DNA of 63,460 bases, filler included, from Globobulimina sp. (GCA_003354225.1; 50 parts of 50 records of this genome joined end to end with filler, not necessarily neighbours in it); one strand, 5' to 3'. Shown: positions 1-12,420, counted from the whole stretch's first letter. Program-made: numbers and translations. The notes: generated by a model from the sequence alone, not told the origin.

Positions 1-39
1 TATGTTATGTGTATTAATTATATTGTATCTGTATTAAAG

Positions 40-1011
40 GAGCGCATATTGGCGCATTGATGATGTTGTTGCAAGCGCGTAAAGTGGAAATATACAACAA
101 CTTGAAATCTTATTTAATTGAATTACAACTTTATCAAAAACAAAATAAAATGAATGCATCACGCCATGTGGATGAATATATCGATGATGTTGAGTTAAAT
201 GATGCTATCACACAGATTGAGGATAAATTGATGAGCAATGAATATGATTCATTATGGAATCCACAAACCGATTTGAAAGCATTTATTGGTATTGCTGGGC
301 CCTACAACTTAGAAGGTTTGACGTGCATTAAATGTGTGTGAGGTTTGCGTTGTTTTTTGTTTGATGTAAGATATGAAGCATCATTTGGACGCCAGGGGGT
401 TATATATGGAGGTCATTGAAAAATTAATGGAGAATGATTTGCGCGCAGCGTCGCCTTTTTATTGTGTGTATGATTTATTTATTTCTCCAAAGGATAATAG
501 CCGGAAATTGAAGCCATTAAATAAAATTGGAAGGATTGATGGTGGCAATAATAACAAAGCATTTATATCAATGACGGAAATAAATTACGACGCAAATAAT
601 GAGTTTACAGACAGTGATAAATCAGATAATAATATGGATGGACAGATTAGTATTCATGAAATGGAGAGCATTTTAAATGAAAAGGTAGAGTTAAAATTGC
701 CAGAAGTTTATTTATTTCACGGTGAGTGTGATAGATCGGTGCCGGTGTCCAATTCGAAAGCATTTTGTTTGGCGTTGGGACAGTACGGCGTCAAAACATA
801 TATTAAAGTATATCCGAATAAAACGCACACCGACCAAATTATTGAGGATCCGATTTGCGGGACAGACCCGTTGGTTTGTGATATGTTACAGATTATTTAC
901 CCGCATGTCTCGTTGACAAATATTGTTCTGGAAATTGAGGAAAAAATGACTGGTGGCTTGAAAATACCAAAGTTTATAATTGATTTTGCAAAGATTGTAA
1001 GTCCATTTTAA
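40..1011 (+). CDS. Alpha/beta hydrolase (prenylcysteine methylesterase/ICME-like), 5' partial, intron 316-370
   Basis: (G)AHI segment after the nucleophile elbow, FIGIAGPYNL, LFHGECDRSVP (Asp) and YPNKTHTD (His); the GT..AG intron joins the two ORFs in frame. Confidence 0.75.
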
Positions 1012-1172
1012 GCGTATATGTGTATATTTAATTTAATTGAGCTTTCTTATTTTAAATACTTTGTTTTTTCGACACAAAGCGCAAGCATAAGAAAATAAAA
1101 TAAAATGCTAAAAAATGTGCATCAAAAAGCCGTAAAAATCCTAAAACGTTTCAAAGCGCTCACAATACGAAC

Positions 1173-1272
1173 NNNNNNNNNNNNNNNNNNNNNNNNNNNN
1201 NNNNNNNNNNNNNNNNTTAATTAATTAANNNNNNNNNNNNNNNNNNNNNNNNNNNNNNNNNNNNNNNNNNNN
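1173..1272. other. Artificial contig linker N44-TTAATTAATTAA-N44 (first of 49 copies, one every ~1270 bp)
   Basis: Identical 100-nt spacer recurs at regular intervals; the intervening segments fall monotonically from 1172 to 1170 bp; the 12-mer has stops in all six frames. Confidence 0.99.
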
Positions 1273-1939
1273 GATTGGACACTGTTATGTCATTTTTTTT
1301 TTTGATTGGACACTGTAATATATTACCTGACTCACTTTATTTTGATTGGTTCTAATAATTTGACACTTTATATTTTCATAAAAATGCTGTTAATAATTGC
1401 AGTGTGCACGGATATTTGCATCAGTGATATCTCCGATTATGTGTCAAATCGCGGATATCAGAATATTGCCATACATATTAAAACTTGTGAGCTGTTCAAA
1501 ATGTGTGAAACAAAATCTTAACTCGCAATTTGAAAACGCAGCATTGTTATCATGGCAAACTTTCAACATCCCGATCAATGGAAGCCTCCAAAATGGTATC
1601 ATGAAAAATCCAAACCATCTAATTCTAGCTTTTTGAATGAAAAAAAGTTAAACCGCGGCAAGGTTCTTGCAAATTTAAAGATACTCGTAAAGAAGAAGAA
1701 TGTGAGAACTGAGAAGGTTTGTGGAATTAAGATTTTATACGTTTAAATATAATATGATATCAAATATGAAACAGACCGCATGACAGAAAAAGACGGGGAT
1801 CACTCTCCAATTCAACAGCATCAGCATCAGGCAATGAGGAAGCTTTAGGTTCAGTTTTTTATTGCAAATATAAATCATATCATATATAATATAATATAAT
1901 AATATAATAAAAGATACATTTGGTATTCACGAAGATTTA

Positions 1940-2329
1940 TTGGAAGCAGAACTGAGGAGTTTACAAAATGAGTTAGAAATTGAAAAAAGAAAAAGAAAAG
2001 AAACAGACGAACTCAATAAAGCATTATTAAAACAGATTGATGATTTACAGAGTTTAGCAATAAAAACGGAGCACGAAAATTGTAATTTATTAATAAAAAT
2101 GGAACATGACAATTCTATCATTATTCAAAAGGAGAAAGATAACAATTTAATGTTGTCGCAAATGTTAATAAGGAAACAAAAGTCATTGGTTTCCGCATTA
2201 AAAGCGGTTGAAACTGTTTTTGATACAAATAATAATAATAAGCCTCAAAAAAACAAACAAAAACAAATACAGTCTGTGCGCAGGCCTTTAAGAAGAATTT
2301 TGTTGACAAAAATGTTAACACTCGGGTAA
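1940..2329 (+). CDS. Hypothetical coiled-coil protein, last exon
   Basis: Heptad-like E/K/L-rich ORF preceded by intron-like AT-rich segments. Confidence 0.4.
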   Translation: MEAELRSLQNELEIEKRKRKETDELNKALLKQIDDLQSLAIKTEHENCNLLIKMEHDNSIIIQKEKDNNLMLSQMLIRKQKSLVSALKAVETVFDTNNNNKPQKNKQKQIQSVRRPLRRILLTKMLTLG

Positions 2330-2544
2330 AAATTGAAAATGTCTTATATTTACTACTAAGGGAAGCTGTTTCAAAGAGAGAATGAATAAACTTAACTCTA
2401 CTGCCTAATTCTTTTTTTGCAAATAAAAGAGCATCGTCAGAGGCNNNNNNNNNNNNNNNNNNNNNNNNNNNNNNNNNNNNNNNNNNNNTTAATTAATTAA
2501 NNNNNNNNNNNNNNNNNNNNNNNNNNNNNNNNNNNNNNNNNNNN

Positions 2545-3550
2545 CTATGCCTGGTATGTCTATGCAACGCCGTGTGCACTGCCGCTGCTTCGCCCATATT
2601 CATACTGCAACTCAATGTATTTTGTAATTTATTTTTCTGATTATCCTCGTCCGCATCCACCACAAAATCCGCAAACTTTATATTAACTCTGCCACAATGC
2701 CGAGTGTACATTTCCTCGTATAATTGAATCAAATTATCCATCCTTTGCAGCGGAGACAACAACGACAAGACTTCCTTGTACAAGTCACCAAAATATTCCT
2801 CCACCATTTGATTGCGTAGCAATGTGACATGAACATAAATATAATGCTTCCAAACGCGCGCAAAGAATTTCATCGAATCCTGCGCTTCGAACAATTGTCG
2901 CGGCCGCTTGTATAACTTTTTGCGCGCCGACACAATATGGAACAATGTGTACGCGAACCTACCCGCTTTGTACAAATACTTTAGAAAACAGGGAATCAAC
3001 AATAAATAGATAGCCATCATGATGTGTATCACTGTGGGGATATTGTACACGTAGCCACTGCTCACAATGGACAGATACACGATCAATGGGTACAAATTGC
3101 TAAATAGTATGACAAAGGTGTAGAGCGGCTGAAATATATAGGCACTGCAACCAAAGAAACCAATCCAAAATAAACGCGGGAATTTCTCATTGAAAGGGAT
3201 GTGAATACCATGGTTATTGGCGATGTACTCTTCCTTCAAATCCAGCCATTTCTCTTTCTGGTAATGATAGCCGCCAATGGCGCCCCACAGGAAATGTTCG
3301 GCAAAGTATTTCTTGCCATGGAAGAGCCAATCTTTTGGCTTCAAATGAATCATATCTAATAAGTCATAATTGACATGTTTCATTTTCTTGGTGAACGGGT
3401 TCAGCTCGTAATTGACTACGGAGAGTCTGAGCGCATAGTCGTCCTCGCCGTGCGCGGATAAAATAAAATGAATCAATGAAGAGTATAATTCATCAAATTC
3501 ATGCATGACTTGGTCATCTAACAACGACAGACACCAGCTCCAATTCAAAA
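2545..3550 (-). CDS. Hypothetical eukaryotic multi-pass membrane protein (partial)
   Basis: Open frame of more than 330 codons with 3-4 hydrophobic segments. Confidence 0.6.
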
Positions 3551-3566
3551 AGTATAAGGCAAACAA

Positions 3567-3716
3567 ATGAACATTACCCAACTTGCTTTTACTTACCGAA
3601 AAAGCGTATTTTTGATTATTGCCGTGTTACTTGTTAATGGTCTTTTTGCTTATTTCACTTTACCTGCACAAGAAGATCCAACGATTACTATACGTGAAGC
3701 TATTGTCAGTACTTCT
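3567..3716 (+). CDS. Bacterial RND efflux permease (AcrB/AcrD/AcrF family), N-terminus
   Basis: MNITQLAF..TM1..LPAQEDPTITIREAIVST matches the RND N-terminal signature LPxxEDPxIxI. Confidence 0.8.
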
Positions 3717-3816
3717 NNNNNNNNNNNNNNNNNNNNNNNNNNNNNNNNNNNNNNNNNNNNTTAATTAATTAANNNNNNNNNNNNNNNNNNNNNNNNNNNN
3801 NNNNNNNNNNNNNNNN

Positions 3817-4443
3817 GCCAAACGCTATATTTTCCCGATACGTTCGGTTGATGTCTTTCCATATTTGGTCCTTTTGCGGCGATTTTCTGCGTCTTTTTAA
3901 GTCGTTGTACAGTGTCTTGGCGCCATACCGAACGAGCTCAATCTTTGCCCGCTCGCGAGCACCGCATAGATTTTGCCATATTGTGCCGCGTAATTGGTTG
4001 GGAATGCCTTTACGAATGCGAGATTTTAATTTTTTATGATCTTTGACCGACTGCCAATGACGTATTTGAGCGTCGAGCTGATTATCGGCCTCAGCGGAGG
4101 CACCGCCCTTTCTTTTGGGGAATATCATAACTTGCCATTTTAATAGACGTTGATTTTCTTTTTGTATTTGTTTTCGATGTTGTTGTTCGGGCAACATATG
4201 TTTTATCAGAAAGCCATAGCGATCAATGACCTCCATACCAGCCCAATACATTAAAATAACGACATAAATGTTTTTGTTGCCATTGAAGAATTTCTGTTGT
4301 TGCTCTCTCAGATATCCAGTGACTAAATTTCGGTCGCGAGCATCCGTCTTATTTAAAGTGTTACATTCTTCATTTGTGCTATATGTGTTTGAGTCTATGG
4401 GGCTGGAACTGGAGCTAGACATAGATTGTGTGGTTGACGACAT
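3817..4443 (-). CDS. TBC (Rab-GAP) domain protein, 3' partial
   Basis: DRYGF, LKSRIRKGIPNQLRGTIW and QIWKDINRTY motifs. Confidence 0.9.
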
Positions 4444-4543
4444 GTTGAGAATGTTTTAATGTGAAAATTAAGTGTAAAAAGTTTTTTTGATGAAACAAAA
4501 ACACAAAACACATTTTTACTTTATTCAAACAATTTTAATTACA

Positions 4544-4972
4544 ATGGCACTAGAAGAATATAAATATAATAATACCGACGTGACACGAAATAGGTTATTA
4601 AAATTGAGATCACAAACAAGTAAATTGGCAGATTTACAACTTCGAATACGATCAGCAAAAAATGCAAATTTTGTAAGAAACATAGGTGAAATATGTGCGC
4701 TCTCTGTAATCGAAAATGATGAAATTGTATTTACATTTTTTATTGACAATGAAACACAAATTGCTTTTAGTTTATTACAAGCGAATTTTGAACGAAAATG
4801 TGCAAATATTTACGAAAAGTTTATAAATCATCAGGCAATATACCAAATAATCAATTTAATTGATATAACCTACACATTATTTATTAAATCCATGCAGGAA
4901 AACAATAAATACTTAATTTTTTTAATAAAAGGCGAAGAAAATATCAATGAAATTAAATCGTACACTTTGTAG
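4544..4972 (+). CDS. Hypothetical protein
   Basis: ORF of ~140 codons with no recognised motif. Confidence 0.35.
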   Translation: MALEEYKYNNTDVTRNRLLKLRSQTSKLADLQLRIRSAKNANFVRNIGEICALSVIENDEIVFTFFIDNETQIAFSLLQANFERKCANIYEKFINHQAIYQIINLIDITYTLFIKSMQENNKYLIFLIKGEENINEIKSYTL

Positions 4973-5113
4973 AATTTGTTACAATTATNNNNNNNNNNNN
5001 NNNNNNNNNNNNNNNNNNNNNNNNNNNNNNNNTTAATTAATTAANNNNNNNNNNNNNNNNNNNNNNNNNNNNNNNNNNNNNNNNNNNNCCCTAATATATA
5101 TATTTATTTTAAG

Positions 5114-6103
5114 GTAACTATCGATAAGGAGCAAGAATTTGATTCGATTGGAGAACTCGTCCGTCAATGTATGCAGAAAGGAATAATCCTTATGAAGAAG
5201 TCTGGTGCAAAATTACTCAATCCGATCGTCCGAACAAATTGGCAACTTAATCACGACCAAATCACTCTCGAAGGGAAACTTGGCGAAGGGGCGTTCGGTG
5301 AAGTGCATCGAGGCACATTGCAATTGAACAAACACAACAAAGTTAAAGTGGCAGTGAAGAAGAGTTTAAAAGGTGGATTGAGCAAACAACAGATACAAGA
5401 AATGATGAAAGAGACCAGAATTATGCGACAGTTCAACCATCCAAACATTGTCAAGTTTTACGGTGTGGCCGCCGAAAAGGAGCCAATTATGATCGTTATG
5501 GAATTGGTGTCAGGTGGATCCCTCGATAAGCATCTACAGAAAAACGCCGATACGTTGACCAATGAGAAACTAATAAATTGCTGCATCGACGCAGCCAGAG
5601 GCATGTACTATTTGCACCAACAAGAGATGATCCATCGGGACGTGGCCTCTAGAAATTGTCTGATCACCGAAAAAGAAATAGTCAAGATCTCCGACTTCGG
5701 TCTTAGCATCCAAGGGACGACATACAAAATTACCGGAACCAAACGACTACCTATCAAATGGCTGGCGCCCGAAACTATCAAATCTCAAATTTACTCGACC
5801 AAGTCAGACGTTTGGAGTTTTGGAATATTGATGTGGGAAGTGTTCAGTGAAGGATCGGAACCGTACCCTGGTATTGATGGTAAAGATGTGTTATATAGTG
5901 TAAAACATGAAAATCTCATACTCAACCGTCCTCCAGAAAAAATGCCCGAAACTATACGAGACACCATGGAACAATGTTGGAAGTTAGACCCTGATGAACG
6001 AATAGACTTTAAAGCCATTCTCAATGATTTAGAAGGACGAGGTTCAAGAACAAAAAGTGTCACTGGCAGTTACACCACTCCATCAACTGGTCCTCCAAGC
6101 TAA
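5114..6103 (+). CDS. Non-receptor tyrosine kinase, Fer/Fes-like (end of SH2 plus kinase domain)
   Basis: LGEGAFGEV, VAVK, HRDVASRNCL, KISDFGLS, LPIKWLAPE, SDVWSFGILMWE; SH2 tail FDSIGELV..LLNPI. Confidence 0.9.
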   Translation, partial: VTIDKEQEFDSIGELVRQCMQKGIILMKKSGAKLLNPIVRTNWQLNHDQITLEGKLGEGAFGEVHRGTLQLNKHNKVKVAVKKSLKGGLSKQQIQEMMKETRIMRQFNHPNIVKFYGVAAEKEPIMIVMELVSGGSLDKHLQKNADTLTNEKLINCCIDAARGMYYLHQQEMIHRDVASRNCLITEKEIVKISDFGLSIQGTTYKITGTKRLPIKWLAPETIKSQIYSTKSDVWSFGILMWEVFSEGSEPYPGIDGKDVLYSVKHENLILNRPPEKMPETIRDTMEQCWKLDPDERIDFKAILNDLEGRGSRTKSVTGSYTTPSTGPPS

Positions 6104-6500
6104 TTATGATTAAATTTATTCACTCGTATTCATTATCCGATTTATTTCTCTTTCTATTAGTATTATTGATTCTCAAAAGTAAAATTATTATTATTTTACA
6201 CTTCACTTTTAACTTTTTTGACTTCTACTTGCCACCAATATACGTATGTACGTGCAGTAANNNNNNNNNNNNNNNNNNNNNNNNNNNNNNNNNNNNNNNN
6301 NNNNTTAATTAATTAANNNNNNNNNNNNNNNNNNNNNNNNNNNNNNNNNNNNNNNNNNNNATTGCGTTCTATAGCGGTATTGTTGTGATGTTACTGTGTG
6401 TTTTTGTGTGTTTTTGTTGTGTGACGTAATTGTAATAAAATAATTGTAATAAATTCCATTTAATACATAATTCCATTTAATAAATAATAATTGTAATAAA

Positions 6501-7532
6501 ATGTCATCAGTCTCAGATCAAGAAGATATAGTTTGGATCGCCAACACTAACGGCGATGATAGCATTGCCAATGAAGATGAATTAGTTGATGACTCATTTG
6601 AAGCTTGCTTTAAAAATTGTAGTCTTGATGGCGATGATCAAATATCAATTCCTGGTATGGTATCCACAACGACATTGTAAAAACAACATTGTAAAAACGT
6701 TTTTGTTAAAAACTTACTAAACAACTAGGTTGGCGAGAAAACCACGTTGAGCGGTTTATAACTGCAGAAGTAAAATCCAAATATGGAAAATATTATGATG
6801 GGAAACAAATAGTTCGTGATGGTCAAGTAAAGAAAGCGAAAAGTTATCATCGGAATAGGATACAAACCAAAATAATTAGTAGTAAAAGTAATAAAATATA
6901 TAAATGTGCAGTTAAATTTAAGGAGGGATTTTTAGAGAGATTGGAAAGTGACAGTAATATTGTTACAACACGACATATTGCTGCAACACATTGCTCTGGG
7001 GAATATTGCGGAAAAGGTGCCCACTGTAAACATATCGCAGCATTATTATATGCTTTAGTGGATAAGTCACCTTTGAAAAAATCGACAAAACATAGTGGAG
7101 ATTTGAAGGAAACAGCGGATAATTATGAAATAAATGATTGCTGTTTCCCTAAAACCAAATTACATCAATTATTTCCTGGAGCCGCGTTAGCCTTTGATGG
7201 TGGCTGTAAAAATATAGTCGATTGGGCAGGTGATCCCAAATATGGTGTTTGTGCCGTTGTTTTGACATTAATGTATGCGGAATATGGCAGTATTGATTCT
7301 ACTGCACCAAATTGTGACAGGTGTGGCGAAAAAATGAAATTTCGCTTACGGCCAGACCCCAATGGAATGATAATACCAGAATGGAGTTGCCGTACAACCT
7401 CAGGTACACAAAAACATAATTCAACAAAATCCATATTACATAATTCATCATATTTCAAATTTTTAAAATCCACCAAATGGCTGTCACCTTTCATGAGGTT
7501 TTTAGTTTACTATTTTAATCCTGGTGTTTCTA
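6501..7532 (+). mobile_element. Putative transposase: SWIM Zn finger plus Merlin/IS1595(ISXO2)-type N-terminal Zn ribbon; intron 6655-6728; 3' partial
   Basis: HCSGEYCGKGAHCKHIAALL (SWIM); CDRCGEKM...WSC...KSILHNSSYF...FLVYYF resembles the Merlin transposase N-terminus; upstream short direct repeats. Confidence 0.55.
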
Positions 7533-8236
7533 NNNNNNNNNNNNNNNNNNNNNNNNNNNNNNNNNNNNNNNNNNNNTTAATTAATTAANNNNNNNNNNNN
7601 NNNNNNNNNNNNNNNNNNNNNNNNNNNNNNNNCAATTGCAATCATCCCAAAATTCCAGTTTCACCCATTTCCATTTCCATTTAATAAATTGATAGGACTC
7701 TTAAGAGTCTTATCTGTATCATACAAGACAGCAAGAACACTGACGAGAGAGCAGAGACTAGAGAGGTGAACCTAAAGTTAGAAACGCAACATTTGGCTGG
7801 CATTTTGAAAACTGGCTGGCATTTCTGAAAGGACACAATTTTGAGCCTCAGATCAAGTTTTTGCTGCACTGTGAACACTTTGTTCACCTATTACACATGA
7901 GATGAGATGGGATTCATCTGATGCAAGTCAGTGTTTTTTTGGTGTGAAAGTGGATATTTATGTGGATTCTGTGAAAACCTTTCAAGTAAAGTATAATTTA
8001 CTTAAACCATACGCTCGACGTTCGAGAAAGTCTTGAAAGGAAAAAAAGCTTTATCTTAAAGCAACGCTGTATCCTGGTGACCTCATACAAGAATTGTGAG
8101 AGTTACAACCCCCAATCACCTCCGGCAAACCATCAATATCCAAATCACTCAAAAAAACAAAAATCACCAAACAAATACATCATACAGCAAATTATCAATA
8201 ATAAACAACAACAACAAACCAAAAACGAACGATACA

Positions 8237-8804
8237 ATGAGCGACAAAGACAAAAACAAACAACAACAGAAAACAAACGACCTTGATTTTCTCGTAGCAA
8301 CCGCACAGGCAAAAATCAAAAGAATATCAATTGAAATCAAAAACAACAATAATAAATTAAAAAACCTTGGCACAGACCAGGAGAGCCTCGCCGAAAGGCG
8401 AAAAGTGGTCTCCTTCAACCGAACACTCATGGAATCGAAGAAAAAATTGAAAAACGATTAAAACAACACCAAACAATGGAAACTGTCAATAAAAATAAGA
8501 AAAAAAACAAACAAAGCATGGTGAGAGCACCAAGCGCCTCAAAAAGCAAAAATAATCAAAAAAACAAACCTGCAACATCCGCCATTGTTGATTCCACATC
8601 CCCAGTATCCTCACAAAGCACACAATCTTTCATCAACGATAACCATCAAACCGCAGAAGCATCCGCGACAAATGTTGAAACAGAGCTCGATGTAAATGAC
8701 AATGATAATAATAACGATGATGACGAGGATGGTGATGTAGATATTACCATACTCAACAACAAAAATAATAACGCCAAACAATTAGAGAAAATAAATTCAA
8801 TCCA
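8237..8804 (+). CDS. Hypothetical K/N-rich protein with a frameshift in an A-run near 8441-8446 (possible retroelement ORF1)
   Basis: Two overlapping ORFs join as ...MESKKK-IEKRLKQHQTMETVNK if one base is shifted. Confidence 0.35.
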
Positions 8805-9144
8805 NNNNNNNNNNNNNNNNNNNNNNNNNNNNNNNNNNNNNNNNNNNNTTAATTAATTAANNNNNNNNNNNNNNNNNNNNNNNNNNNNNNNNNNNNNNNN
8901 NNNNCGTGCAATAATTTCAAATCCCTCAACAATAACAATTAATGACTACTACCAATATCTAAAAAGAAAAAATGTTGACAATGATGACTCAAAACAAATG
9001 TTAGACGATGATGATCATCATGTTGGGTATCAAAAATGTAAGAAACAAAAAGATGATAATTGGATGTCTGTGCGATTTGAAAGGCAGAAATGTTAAGAAC
9101 TATACACCAGCAATATACAACAATGATAATTACTATAAATCACA

Positions 9145-10060
9145 GATCAAACGTCTGATGGAGCCATGTACAATGTAATAGGAAATGTAATATACCCATT
9201 ACCAGCAACACATTCATTATACAAAGCACCGGACGGTAATTGCAGAAGATTAAAATATGAATTCGACGCTCGGATTTGTTATATTTTGCCAACTGCGAAA
9301 TCATTGACTGATTTTAAATATGCTCATATCAAAGATTCCAATCGCTTAAGCAAATTAACTATGAATAATGTCAACGAGTTCCACAAAGAAACACAAAAAA
9401 TTGAACAACATTTATTCCACAAAGCTATTCTGCTTCAAAAAGCAAAAGATGACGAAAAGAAAAATGAAATAAACATTATTTATGATCAAGATATTTTACA
9501 GCAATTAATTAATATGAAAGTTGGAACGAGATCGCAGATTTTCTATGCGATGGATAATGTGGTCAATCGGCGCGATATCAATGAAATCATTGATCATATT
9601 CATGAATTTGATGTGTGTGCAACATATATATTTATTGTATCAACAGTTTGTGAGTACATATGTATATATTTAGAGTGATTCCGGTTTAGTTCGTAACAGA
9701 AGAACTTACACGGAAACAATTTTAGAAAATATAACAATGATAATGAACCCTCGCGATTTATGGATCGAAGGTTCTGAATGCGAAATATATTCGACATCGC
9801 AAAATAAATGGTTTAGAGGCAGAATACAAGAAATATTGTACGATACCAAAGGCGATGATGAATGGCTGAGAGTTGTTTATAATAACAATTTGATAAAAAA
9901 TATTCAGAGAAATGATGAGAAAAATATTCGACCAATAAGTGACGTGCAAGAACAGATAAATGAACTCAAATCGAATCAGAATGAAATGCGTAATGCGTTG
10001 ATGAACATTAATAAATCAAACTTGGTTTCAGAGACCAAAGAAAATTATAATGATAAATAG
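9145..10060 (+). CDS. Multi-exon hypothetical protein with UBA-like and Tudor/SH3-like modules
   Basis: ILQQLINMKVGTRSQI..A (UBA-like); WIEGSECEIYSTSQNKWFRGRI..EWLRVVY (Tudor-like). Confidence 0.5.
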
Positions 10061-10363
10061 AAAGCAATTTTCTATCNNNNNNNNNNNNNNNNNNNNNNNN
10101 NNNNNNNNNNNNNNNNNNNNTTAATTAATTAANNNNNNNNNNNNNNNNNNNNNNNNNNNNNNNNNNNNNNNNNNNNGGTTTATTTACTCCCTCGCAGTCG
10201 CAGGGTTGTTCCAGCAATCTGTGAGCCTGGAATCAGACCTACGGCCTGATTGAATTTTGTCCCACTACACTACTAAAACTAAAAAGCTTAAAAACCATCC
10301 AAACTCAAATATCAACTCAACTCTACAGTCTCTACAATCCCTACTATCAGTTTTCACCTCAAT

Positions 10364-11335
10364 ATGTCGTCTTGGTTAGATCACATGATTTGGCTTATTT
10401 GTGTAACACTCACATTGATTTGCGTAATTATATTGATGATTGTACTTTATATTCACACGTATAATGTGGTTACAATATCATATGTCGGAAAAAGAGATAC
10501 AATCAATAGAATTACCACTATATTAACATTTATATCCAGTATATGTTCGACCGGTGTCATTGCTCTCCAATTGATGTTATGGTTTGCAATATTGATTGAA
10601 TATTGTTATCCATTGCAACTCACACTTGCGTTACTATGGAATCCTGCGAAATTATTTATGCAACTTGTATTTCTCATGAATTTACATTTCGTTTATAAGC
10701 AAACATTATACAGATACAATCCAATTTGTTTGTTGTCCATTGGCATCGCTTTAACCATCATTTATAATTTGTTGTTATTATGGACATGTGTTACGTTGCA
10801 AATATCGCCGCTTCGTCTTTCCAATGGCATTGGTATGCGCTGCAATGCCCATTCAGGCGTTGTATGTGCCCTCGTCGTGATGGGTGTCGATGTAGTTTGT
10901 TCCATCGGTTTTGTGGTAGCATTTACCCGCCCAATCAGACGAATGGTTCGCGATCGAGAACATGGACAAACTCCCGCATCGTCAACACACAAAGTGCTGT
11001 ATACCCAAACAAAAGTAATGGTGCTTGTCGGCACAGCATCGGTATCTACATTGATTTTGCTGTTATCAATTCGTATTATACCACCTATTGGTTGGCCTAC
11101 ACTGACCGCTCTGGTCTATGTGTTAGTGCCTGCAGATCAAGTCGTTAATGTGATTAGTTTGATACTGTTGGCTCAATATTATGACAATAAAAAATGTTTT
11201 TCGTATGAAACAGTGTGTTGTTGCGTGGTTGCGTGTTGCCGATGCATCTGTGCATGCGGCATAAATCCGACACATTCAAGAGGTTCTATAGAAATACCAA
11301 CAGTTTGTACAACGGCTACGTCGCGACCAGAGTAA
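10364..11335 (+). CDS. Seven-transmembrane (GPCR-like) protein, apparently complete
   Basis: 323 aa with about 7 hydrophobic helices, Cys in extracellular loops and a Cys-rich C-tail. Confidence 0.7.
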   Translation: MSSWLDHMIWLICVTLTLICVIILMIVLYIHTYNVVTISYVGKRDTINRITTILTFISSICSTGVIALQLMLWFAILIEYCYPLQLTLALLWNPAKLFMQLVFLMNLHFVYKQTLYRYNPICLLSIGIALTIIYNLLLLWTCVTLQISPLRLSNGIGMRCNAHSGVVCALVVMGVDVVCSIGFVVAFTRPIRRMVRDREHGQTPASSTHKVLYTQTKVMVLVGTASVSTLILLLSIRIIPPIGWPTLTALVYVLVPADQVVNVISLILLAQYYDNKKCFSYETVCCCVVACCRCICACGINPTHSRGSIEIPTVCTTATSRPE

Positions 11336-11448
11336 ATTAGTAATGCATNNNNNNNNNNNNNNNNNNNNNNNNNNNNNNNNNNNNNNNNNNNNTTAATTAA
11401 TTAANNNNNNNNNNNNNNNNNNNNNNNNNNNNNNNNNNNNNNNNNNNN

Positions 11449-11739
11449 AGCTATCTGGCTGCGGATAATTTTGGAAATCATACGGATGGAACTCCTTCTT
11501 CTCCCTTTGCTATTCCGGGGCTGAATAAGTATTACGGAAAGGATCTTTTTCTCACCGAAATTCTCACGAAGGAAGCTTTGCAGTCGCTCGACAATAGAGA
11601 TAAACAGCAACCTTTCTTTCTGTATATGTCACATTATGCCATACATGGACCTTTGGATAGAGATATGCGCTACTTCGCCAAGTACAAAGCCAAAGGATTA
11701 TCCAACATGGATGCTGCGTATGCTGCATTGATTGAAGGT
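11449..11739 (+). CDS. Bacterial sulfatase (arylsulfatase A-like) internal fragment
   Basis: AIPGLNKYYGKDLFLTEILTKEAL...QPFFLYMSHYAIHGPL...AAYAALIEG; breaks off just before the expected MDxSLG. Confidence 0.8.
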
Positions 11740-12420
11740 CCTGCTGCTTGCAATGGAGTTCGTAGAATAATATTATCATCTTCTTCATCATTGGGTAATG
11801 GTATGCAATACAGTTCAATTTCTCCTTCATCATCAACATTTTCATACTCATGCTGTAATCTCGTGAATTCTGATTTTTTGCAACACATTGAACAAACTGC
11901 GTAGAATAAGGATGACAACAAACAAGAAACCACTATGATAAATATCGCCACATATATTGTTTCTGCTACGTTTACATTTGGTGATAGGAATGCATGGCCA
12001 TGAGGTGAATTGAAATCAGTTTTATTTTGTCCTGAAATATAGTGACTTGGGTATGGAAGTTGTGTACTTGGATTATTTGTAGATATAGTATGGATTGAGG
12101 TGTGTTGGTGTGTTGGAGTGGGTGATGTTGTAGCATTTATATGTTTGGTTGTGACATTACTGACTGGACTGGATGATGGAGGAGATGTTGTCTCTAAAGT
12201 TGGCGTTTTTGTAGGTACATTTGTTGGTTGAGACGACAAAAGTATTTTTTTTGCTGTTGATGTTGGATTATCTGCTGTTGATGCAGATGGGTGCGATGTT
12301 GTATTGGAGGTGGAGTTGGATAATATAGTGGTGTCGGTGATATCTTTTGTTGAACTGGACATTGTAGAAAATGCAACAACAAAAATAGGCGGTATTCTAA
12401 AAATAAAGATAAGTATAAAA
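11735..12420 (-). CDS. Mucin-like S/T-rich type I membrane protein (3' end replaced by chimeric sequence)
   Basis: S/T/P-rich ectodomain, TM helix IYVAIFIIVVSCLLSSLFYAV, acidic tail. Confidence 0.65.
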
